In this document: piece by piece, positions 57,301-64,000 of the stretch
Numbering within the stretch: the stretch's first letter is position 1
Layout of the letters: the number at the start of each line of letters is the position of its first letter
Origin: a virus
IMG/VR virus record: IMGVR_UViG_3300028581_000013
Length of the DNA stretch: 64,000 nt
Reading direction: 5' to 3' (one strand)
Notes under the pieces: model-generated
What the model saw: the letters and a program-made list of their open reading frames with translations, nothing else
What the model was told of the DNA's origin: nothing
The model's database searches: none
Made by a program: the position numbers and the translations under genes

Positions 57301-58565
57301 TGGCAAGAGTAGAACCCGTAGAAACACAATGGAAAAGGTGGACAGAAAAAAATCCATCGGACCAGATTCGGCATATTGATAAAGAACAGTTAACAAAAAC
57401 TGTTACTCAAGATTTAGAATATGCCTCTCAAATGGATGTTCGTGAATATACTTTATATCAAAAATGGTGTGAAGTAAAAGAAAGATATCCAGGCAAAGCT
57501 AGTGTGAATATGTTTGGTGATCCAGATATTTCTTGGGAAGATGATGCACAAGCAGCTATTATAAACAAAGTAAAAAACAATATTTGGGTTCCTAAAGATG
57601 TGGATGATTTTCAAAACCTAGAACCTCAAATGTATCTGGCTAATACTAATCGTGTTGATGAATGGAATGCTATAAGAACATTTTCTTCTACAATGAAAAA
57701 CAATTCTAATATTGGAAGAAATTTATATTACATTGTTAAAGATAAAAAAACGAATAAGTATCTTGGTGTTATCTGTATCTCATCAGACTTTTTAGATTTA
57801 ACTCCTAGAGATAAAGCAATTGGCTGGTCCAGAGATGTGAAAACATCACAGAGTATGATTAACCACACAGCAATAGGTTCAACAATTGTACCACTACAAC
57901 CTCTTGGATATAATTACATGGGTGGTAAATTACTCGCATTATTATGTTTATCTGACAAAGTTCAAAATGATTGGAAAGAAAGATATGGTGATGTTTTGGT
58001 AGGAGTTACAACCACTTCATTATATGGAAAAACTAAAGCGGGTGGTCTTTCTCAATATGACGGCCTCGAGCATTGGAATTCTATGGGATTCTCCTCTGGC
58101 TCTGTTGCCTTTGAACCAACAAAACAAACCAAACAGTTGATTTTTGATTGGATAAAAGAAAACCATACTCGCAAATATTTTGAATGGTGGGAAGCAAAGA
58201 ATCCACAAGGATTGCCACTCAAACGAGATCACAAAAATCGTTCATTACATTTTGCTTATCCAAAACTTGGTATATCAAAAGACAAAACTAGAACAGAACA
58301 CCAACGTGGTATATATTTTAGTTATCTCTATAATAACACTTGTGAATTTTTACGAAAAGAAATTACAGAAGATAAACTGGTAAAGTCGTTTGATACCAGT
58401 GAAGAAGCGTTAACAAACATCTGGAAAACAAAGTATGCCAAAGGTCGTATTCGGCAACTACAAAAGAAAAACAATGTTTCATATGAAACACTTTTCTATG
58501 ATGATTTGATTTATTTAACTTGGGAAGAAACCAAGGCAAAGTATTTGCCACAAGTTGGCAGATAA
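57300..58565 (+). CDS. DUF4338 / Druantia DruA-like protein
   Basis: IGR.L...V.D......LG.I, RD..IGW, P.QP.GYN..GGKLLA, TTSLYG motifs. Confidence 0.65.
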   Translation: MARVEPVETQWKRWTEKNPSDQIRHIDKEQLTKTVTQDLEYASQMDVREYTLYQKWCEVKERYPGKASVNMFGDPDISWEDDAQAAIINKVKNNIWVPKDVDDFQNLEPQMYLANTNRVDEWNAIRTFSSTMKNNSNIGRNLYYIVKDKKTNKYLGVICISSDFLDLTPRDKAIGWSRDVKTSQSMINHTAIGSTIVPLQPLGYNYMGGKLLALLCLSDKVQNDWKERYGDVLVGVTTTSLYGKTKAGGLSQYDGLEHWNSMGFSSGSVAFEPTKQTKQLIFDWIKENHTRKYFEWWEAKNPQGLPLKRDHKNRSLHFAYPKLGISKDKTRTEHQRGIYFSYLYNNTCEFLRKEITEDKLVKSFDTSEEALTNIWKTKYAKGRIRQLQKKNNVSYETLFYDDLIYLTWEETKAKYLPQVGR

Positions 58566-58586
58566 TCAAGTATGCCACAAATATAC

Positions 58587-58616
58587 TTGACACACACACA
58601 TATATAATGTTATGAT
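58587..58616 (+). promoter_or_regulatory. Sigma70-like promoter
   Basis: TTGACA-18 bp-TATGAT with extended -10 TG. Confidence 0.75.
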
Positions 58617-58671
58617 GTGAGAACTTGCAATACGCAAGGATTTATTTTTAACTATGATTGGAGTTTATATA

Positions 58672-58941
58672 ATGGCTAAGTTATCAGCTAAAGAGCGCAT
58701 GCTCAACACACTAAAGAAGCAAGACGGTTATAACACTTTTACAACTGCTCAAGCACAACGCCGTTTCGGCATCAGCAATGTTTCTGCTCGTATCGATGAG
58801 CTGCGTCAAGAAGGTCATTGCATCTATACTAACACCCGCACAACCGGTGATGGTCGTAAAGTTAGTTTCTATCGTTTAGGTACACCAACTAAAGCGATGG
58901 TTCAAGCTGCCTTACGTGCTGGGTATTCTTTCGCAGCCTAA
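58672..58941 (+). CDS. Small winged-helix DNA-binding protein
   Basis: FT..QA..RFGI.NV.ARI.ELR..GH.IYTN......YRLG.P; GGAG RBS favours ATG 58672. Confidence 0.75.
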   Translation: MAKLSAKERMLNTLKKQDGYNTFTTAQAQRRFGISNVSARIDELRQEGHCIYTNTRTTGDGRKVSFYRLGTPTKAMVQAALRAGYSFAA

Positions 58942-58952
58942 TTTAAGGTTAT

Positions 58953-58985
58953 AGGGGAAGTCGTTCATCGGCATCCCCTTTTTTT
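58953..58985 (+). terminator. Rho-independent terminator
   Basis: agggga...tcccct stem followed by a T-run. Confidence 0.75.
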
Positions 58986-59000
58986 ATTCTCGGAGAACAA

Positions 59001-59819
59001 ATGGAAATTTCAATAAAAAAAGAGGACTTACAAAAGAAAAGTCTATTCGTAGCCACACCAATGTATGGTGGCATGAATCATGGACTATACATGAAAGCTT
59101 GTTTAGACTTACAAGGAATGTGTGTTCAATACGGAATTAATATTAAATTTTCATTTCTTTTCAACGAATCATTAATCACTCGTGCCAGAAACTATTTGGT
59201 GGACGAATTCATTCATCGTTCTGATTGCACACATATGTTGTTTATTGATTCCGATATTCATTTTAATCCACAAGATGTGATTGCTTTATTGGCCATGGAC
59301 AATGAAGTTTCTGGTGGTCCTTATCCCAAGAAAGCAATTAAGTGGAAATCTGTAAAGACTGCTATTGTAAAAAATCCTGAAATTGATCCTGCTATTTTAG
59401 AAAAAGTTACTGGTGATTATGTTTTCAATCCAGTCAAAGGTACAGCACAATTTAATGTTACTGAACCATTAGAAGTATTGGAGATTGGTACAGGATTTAT
59501 GATGATTAAACGTGATGTTTTTAAAAAGATGGAAGAAGCATATCCAATGATTCGTTATAAACCAGACCATGTTGGTCAACAACACTTTGATGGCACTCGC
59601 TACATTCATGCTTTCTTTGATACGGTTATTGACACAAAAGATAGTATTGTTGGCGGTGGTTCTGAGCGATATCTAAGTGAAGATTATATGTTTTGCCAAA
59701 TGTGGCGTAAGATTGGTGGTAAAATTCATTTGTGTCCTTGGATGAGAACATCTCATATTGGTACGTATCATTTCCAAGGAGATATGCCAGCTGTGGCCAA
59801 TTTTGTTGGAGAAATGTAA
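59001..59819 (+). CDS. GT-A fold glycosyltransferase-like protein
   Basis: VATPMYGG, SLI.RARN, FIDSD, GTGFM.I.R, SEDY.FC motifs. Confidence 0.75.
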   Translation: MEISIKKEDLQKKSLFVATPMYGGMNHGLYMKACLDLQGMCVQYGINIKFSFLFNESLITRARNYLVDEFIHRSDCTHMLFIDSDIHFNPQDVIALLAMDNEVSGGPYPKKAIKWKSVKTAIVKNPEIDPAILEKVTGDYVFNPVKGTAQFNVTEPLEVLEIGTGFMMIKRDVFKKMEEAYPMIRYKPDHVGQQHFDGTRYIHAFFDTVIDTKDSIVGGGSERYLSEDYMFCQMWRKIGGKIHLCPWMRTSHIGTYHFQGDMPAVANFVGEM

Positions 59820-60178
59820 TGAGTGATGTGAATGGTCCTTTTGGTTATAAAATTGCAGATGAGGTTAAGGCTTCACAAAATGCAACCACCGGGGGCCGTA
59901 AATTTGATGGTGGTAAATTACAATACGGGTTATTACCGCCAGCAGCTTTAAAAGCAACAGTTGAAATCCTTACGTTTGGTGCAGAAAAGTATGAACCAGA
60001 CAATTGGAAGTATGTACCAGATTCTAAACGTAGGTATTTTGATGCCATGCAACGGCACCTGTGGGCTTGGAAAGAAGGAGAGATTAGTGATCCTGAATCT
60101 GGTAAACATCACTTGGCACACGCAATGTGCTGCTTGATGTTTCTGTATGAACATGATACAATATATTCGAAGCAGTAA
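59819..60178 (+). CDS. dATP/dGTP diphosphohydrolase-like (DUF5664)
   Basis: G.K.D.GK..Y.LLP, L.FGA.KY..DNW, A..RH...W..GE..DPESG..HLAHA.C..FL; ATG overlaps the upstream stop. Confidence 0.85.
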   Translation: MSDVNGPFGYKIADEVKASQNATTGGRKFDGGKLQYGLLPPAALKATVEILTFGAEKYEPDNWKYVPDSKRRYFDAMQRHLWAWKEGEISDPESGKHHLAHAMCCLMFLYEHDTIYSKQ

Positions 60179-60198
60179 TTTTTATAATGGAGAAAACA

Positions 60199-60870
60199 AT
60201 GAAGTTATCAAATGAAACATTGGCAGTATTAAAGAATTTTTCGGCAATCAATCAAGGCATTCAGTTTAAGAAAGGCACAAAACTTACCACAGTATCCGCT
60301 GGTAAAACTGTTTTGGCACAAGCCACTCTTAAAGATGAATTTCCACAAGACTTTTGTGTATATGATTTGAATCAATTTTTGTCGGTACATTCTTTACATA
60401 AAGATTCTGAATTGAGTTTTGACGATTCAAATGTTATTTTTAAATCTGGTCGTTCTAGTACAAAGTATCGTAAAACGGCAAAAGAAATGATTGTAACTCC
60501 TCCAGAGAAAGAAATCTCTTTGCCTTCTGTTGATGTGTCTTTCACTTTAACAGAAGAAGATTATGCAAACATCATGAAGGTAGCTAGTGTGTTGGGTTCG
60601 CCACACATTGCTGTTGAATCTGATGGAGAGTTCGTTCAATTGGCAGCTTTTGATTCTCTAGACGATTCGGCTCACACCAACTCGATTCAAGTTGGCCAAG
60701 GTGATGGTAAAAAGTATAAGATTGTTTTCAAGACTGAAAATATCAAATTAATTCCTGGAAGTTATTCTGTTGAAATTTCTTTCAAAGGTATTGGCCACTT
60801 TAAAAATACTAAAGATGCCATTGAGTATTGGATTGCTTTTGAAGCAAAAGAAACAAAGATTGGAGATTAA
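60199..60870 (+). CDS. gp45: Sliding clamp gp45
   Basis: MKLS..T...LKNF..IN, F..YDL..FL, YWIA.E. Confidence 0.93.
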   Translation: MKLSNETLAVLKNFSAINQGIQFKKGTKLTTVSAGKTVLAQATLKDEFPQDFCVYDLNQFLSVHSLHKDSELSFDDSNVIFKSGRSSTKYRKTAKEMIVTPPEKEISLPSVDVSFTLTEEDYANIMKVASVLGSPHIAVESDGEFVQLAAFDSLDDSAHTNSIQVGQGDGKKYKIVFKTENIKLIPGSYSVEISFKGIGHFKNTKDAIEYWIAFEAKETKIGD

Positions 60871-60871
60871 T

Positions 60872-61063
60872 ATGTTGGTTAATTTTACTGATTCCACAAC
60901 AAATGAATCTATTGCTATCAACTTAGCCAATCTAGTTTGTGTCTTTACAGTTAAAGAAGAAGGCGTTGAGAAAACAGTTATCAATATGATTAATGGTAAC
61001 GTTGCTGTAAAAGAAAACTATTTGGAAACTGTTGGTAGAATCAATGCAGAAATGCCTAGGTAA
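60872..61063 (+). CDS. Small hypothetical protein
   Basis: GGAG RBS, ATG 60872; 63 aa. Confidence 0.55.
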   Translation: MLVNFTDSTTNESIAINLANLVCVFTVKEEGVEKTVINMINGNVAVKENYLETVGRINAEMPR

Positions 61064-61119
61064 TTATTTTGAAAGTAGTAAAGAAGTGTTGAGAAGTTAT
61101 TATATTATGGGAGTGTTAA

Positions 61120-62055
61120 ATGGAACATTTACTTTGGGTCGAGAAGTACCGTCCAAAAACAATTGAAGATTGTATTTTACCAGATGCGATCAAGGAAACT
61201 TTTCAGGAGTACGTTAAAAGAAAAGAAATACCAAATCTTCTTTTATCTGGTACGGCAGGTGTCGGAAAAACAACTGTTGCTAAAGCTTTATGCAATGAGG
61301 TTGGTTGTGATTTTATTGTCATCAATGGCTCTGACGAGTCTGGCATTGATGTGCTTCGCAACAAAATTAAGAATTATGCTTCATCAGTTTCTCTCACTGG
61401 CGGCCGAAAAGTCATCATCATTGATGAGGCTGATTATCTTAACCCTAATTCGACTCAACCTGCTTTACGGGGAGCCATTGAAGAATTCTCATCGAATTGC
61501 TCGTTCATCTTCACATGCAATTTCAAAAACCGTATTATCGATCCAATACACTCTCGGTGTTCTGTTATTGATTTTAAAATCAACGGTTCTAAACCAAAAC
61601 TGGCTGCACAATTCTTTAAAAGAGTTGAAGGTATCTTACAACAAGAGAATATCAAATATTCAAAAGATGTTGTCGCATCCATCATCACGAAACACTTTCC
61701 TGACAATCGAAGAATTCTTAACGAACTTCAGCGTTATTCTGTGTCAGGTTCGATTGATAGTGGGATTCTGTCTAATATTGCTGATATACAACTTGATAAT
61801 CTTATTAAGTCGTTAAAAGAAAAAGACTTTGCCTCTGCTCGTAAGTGGGTCACCAACAATCTAGATAATGATCCTGTTAAAGTTTATCGCAAACTTTATG
61901 ATGGTCTATATGATGCTCTTGATGCCAGTTCAGTTCCACAACTTGTTCTTATTCTTGCTAAGTATCAATATCAATCCGCTTTTGTGGCTGACCACGAAAT
62001 CAATATGACTGCTTGTTTAACCGAAATTATGGTAGATTGTGAGTTTAAAAAATGA
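61120..62055 (+). CDS. gp44: Clamp loader large subunit gp44
   Basis: WVEKYRP, G.AG.GKTT, IDEAD, SRC. Confidence 0.96.
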   Translation: MEHLLWVEKYRPKTIEDCILPDAIKETFQEYVKRKEIPNLLLSGTAGVGKTTVAKALCNEVGCDFIVINGSDESGIDVLRNKIKNYASSVSLTGGRKVIIIDEADYLNPNSTQPALRGAIEEFSSNCSFIFTCNFKNRIIDPIHSRCSVIDFKINGSKPKLAAQFFKRVEGILQQENIKYSKDVVASIITKHFPDNRRILNELQRYSVSGSIDSGILSNIADIQLDNLIKSLKEKDFASARKWVTNNLDNDPVKVYRKLYDGLYDALDASSVPQLVLILAKYQYQSAFVADHEINMTACLTEIMVDCEFKK

Positions 62056-62660
62056 CTTATTATGAAAAACATTTAACTTTAAATTGGGTTCATGTTAATC
62101 AAATTTATAGATATTCGAATAACATTACAGCAGCAGTGTATGCTTGGGCTTGGTTGAATAAAGAACCTAACAAAAAAACTTGGCCTTGTGATATAAAAGA
62201 TACATTTTATATTGGTATGAGTGGTGGATTGGAAGATGATTTTATAGCCGATAGAAAGGAAAAACACAGAGTTCCAGCACTAACAACTAGGTTTCACCTT
62301 AGAATGAAACAACATATAGGTTTTTTTCGTAATCCAAATGCAAAATTTGGAAAACAAGCTTTAAAATATAATTTATATCATGAATTGTTTAATGAAGAAA
62401 CGACACAAAATAAAGAATTGTATTGTGCAATTATGATTCCTAAAGATAATGTTTCTAGAGTTGGTTTGAGAAATAGATTGGAATTAATTGAATCGGAATT
62501 GAAAGAAGTATATTGTGAGAATTTTCATGAGATTCCTGTTTTATGTTTAGCAGAAAAAGATAATGTTACTGATTCGATGAAAAATTATAATTCAATTTCT
62601 CAACAAAAAATTAGAGAACATGAACAATCTAGTTTAATAAGGTTTTTTAAAAATGACTAA
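62052..62660 (+). CDS. Putative GIY-YIG-like endonuclease
   Basis: AVY...FYIGMS...R...RM.QH...E.IESE pattern. Confidence 0.5.
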   Translation: MTYYEKHLTLNWVHVNQIYRYSNNITAAVYAWAWLNKEPNKKTWPCDIKDTFYIGMSGGLEDDFIADRKEKHRVPALTTRFHLRMKQHIGFFRNPNAKFGKQALKYNLYHELFNEETTQNKELYCAIMIPKDNVSRVGLRNRLELIESELKEVYCENFHEIPVLCLAEKDNVTDSMKNYNSISQQKIREHEQSSLIRFFKND

Positions 62661-63105
62661 AGACGAAATGATGAATGAGTTGGGTCTAGCCGGTGAAAAA
62701 ATCATCATTAATTTGTTGAGTGAAGAAGGTCGTAAGATTCAAAGTTCAATTAACAAATATGATTCAGAAAAAGATTTATTGGCTGATAATAAAAAAGTAG
62801 AAGTTAAAACACAAGTACCTTTTATTATGCAAAATGCTTTTACTTTTAAACCAAATCAACTCCGTAAATGTCGTTCTGTGGATGAATTGTATTTTGTTTC
62901 TGTACCAGCTAGCCATCATACCGATAAGTGGGCTGGCTGGATTTTTAAAGCAGACCCTAAAAGTTTTAAAACTAGAAACTATAAAACAAAAGATGGCCGT
63001 GATATGTTATTGGTTGACCGTGAACAAGATTCGTTGACACCAATCAAAAAAATGTCCATGGAAGAAATAAAGGAGTTGCAAAAATATACGGTATCGGGGT
63101 ACTAA
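62653..63105 (+). CDS. Putative PD-(D/E)xK nuclease
   Basis: LG.AGE..........KDLL......VEVKT......NQ. Confidence 0.6.
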   Translation: MTKDEMMNELGLAGEKIIINLLSEEGRKIQSSINKYDSEKDLLADNKKVEVKTQVPFIMQNAFTFKPNQLRKCRSVDELYFVSVPASHHTDKWAGWIFKADPKSFKTRNYKTKDGRDMLLVDREQDSLTPIKKMSMEEIKELQKYTVSGY

Positions 63106-63106
63106 G

Positions 63107-63499
63107 ATGCCAGATTTATTTAAAGAAATTCTTCCGTCTATACTAGAGAAGAAAAAGAGTGTGTTTTTGGATGAATATGATTATAAAGACTATAATCCTT
63201 ATATCATCAATCGAGCCTTGTCGTACCACATGGATTGCATACTCTATGTCAATGAACTAAACAAGAATCCTAACCTTGAAAAGGACTTACAATATTCATA
63301 TCTTCTAAATACCATAAGACCAATGAAACGGAAATTTCAACCGTGGCAGAAATCAGAGGTCGATAAAGATATGGAATGTGTCAAACAGTATTTTGGTTAC
63401 TCCAACGAGAAAGCCAAAGAAGCTTTGCGTATTCTTAATGATGAACAAATCGCTGAAATAAAAGCTAAAACAAATAAAGGCGGAGTGAACAAGTCATGA
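63107..63499 (+). CDS. gp62: Clamp loader small subunit gp62
   Basis: Y.PY.INR.LS...D, Y.YLLN..R..KR, VK.YFGYS.EKA..AL..L. Confidence 0.93.
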   Translation: MPDLFKEILPSILEKKKSVFLDEYDYKDYNPYIINRALSYHMDCILYVNELNKNPNLEKDLQYSYLLNTIRPMKRKFQPWQKSEVDKDMECVKQYFGYSNEKAKEALRILNDEQIAEIKAKTNKGGVNKS

Positions 63500-63903
63500 T
63501 TGCAATCATAGATTTAGTTGAAGTTACATTAGGTGAGAAAGATGATTTCCTCAAGGTCCGTGAAACGTTAACACGAATCGGTGTAGCTTCCAAAAAAGAC
63601 AAAATTCTTTACCAATCTTGTCATATTCTACATAAACAAAGCAGGTATTACATAGTACATTTCAAAGAACTATTTGCTTTGGATGGTAAACCAACTGACA
63701 TTACCGAAAACGATCTATCTCGTAGAAACGCAATTGCCAAACTACTAGAAGATTGGGGTCTGGTAAAAATATTGGATAAAAGTAAAGTGGAAAACCCACC
63801 TCCAATATTCTTATCTCAAATTAAGATCATATCACATAAAGAAAAAGACGATTGGGATTTGGTACCCAAGTATAATATTGGTAAAAAACCAGGAGCCTAT
63901 TGA
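63496..63903 (+). CDS. regA: Translational repressor RegA
   Basis: DDFLKVRETLTRIGVAS, LYQSCHILHK...Y.IVHFKELFALDG. Confidence 0.97.
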   Translation: MIAIIDLVEVTLGEKDDFLKVRETLTRIGVASKKDKILYQSCHILHKQSRYYIVHFKELFALDGKPTDITENDLSRRNAIAKLLEDWGLVKILDKSKVENPPPIFLSQIKIISHKEKDDWDLVPKYNIGKKPGAY

Positions 63904-63930
63904 CAAAATAGGCTTTTTGTGTTATAAATA
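63894..63930 (+). promoter_or_regulatory. Nested terminator hairpin, sigma70 promoter and late promoter
   Basis: agcctatt-gacaa-aataggct plus T-run; TTGACA(63900)-17 bp-TATAAA, which extends to TATAAATA (63923-63930). Confidence 0.7.
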
Positions 63931-63935
63931 TGGAT

Positions 63936-63998
63936 GTAGGTGCCTCAGGGGCCTATAATTTTGATTAACTCGCTTAAACTAAGGAGCACATAAACATG
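63936..63998 (+). promoter_or_regulatory. Structured 5'UTR with ROSE-like SD-sequestering hairpin
   Basis: CUC-G-CUU pairs with AAG-GAG (63969-63986); ATG at 63996. Confidence 0.55.
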
Positions 63999-64000
63999 AC

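Noticed and set aside
61163-61816. 217-aa alternate-frame ORF inside gp44
   Set aside because: TTG start, no clear RBS and no recognisable motifs; probably a by-product of codon bias.
1-64000. Stop-codon reassignment
   Set aside because: Core genes are full length in the standard code and coding density is high.
1-64000. tRNA or rRNA genes
   Set aside because: Intergenic gaps are short and no cloverleaf or T-loop motif was seen by eye; tRNAscan-SE would confirm.

Overview
A 64-kb, AT-rich segment of a large T4-like (myovirus) phage genome with all credible genes on the + strand; the gene content resembles environmental aquatic T4-like phages, but the host cannot be determined from this window. 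Bases 1-33.7 kb form a large accessory fibre/adhesin region: many trimeric-fibre-like proteins built from shared modules, five RCC1-repeat propeller proteins, Gly-rich and collagen-like tip proteins, a prolyl-hydroxylase-like oxygenase, and an embedded sigma70-driven cluster for glycosylation and sulfation (sulfotransferase-TPR-GT9 fusion, GT25, methyltransferase, GT-A enzyme, UDP-galactopyranose mutase, APS kinase-nucleotidyltransferase fusion). Bases 33.7-48.9 kb hold the T4 virion core (gp13-gp23, gp3). Bases 48.9-64 kb hold recombination, late-transcription and replication genes (uvsY, uvsW, gp55, gp47/46, gp45/44/62, regA) with heme oxygenase, peptide deformylase, a DUF4338/DruA-like gene and free-standing nucleases. 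The most notable observations are an apparent peptide/domain docking grammar that could build a branched multi-adhesin fibre, a possible self-contained PAPS synthesis and sulfated-glycan pathway, a glutaredoxin/collagen-like/P4H triad, and a ROSE-like RNA thermometer after regA. All family calls come from motifs recognised by eye; no database search was run.
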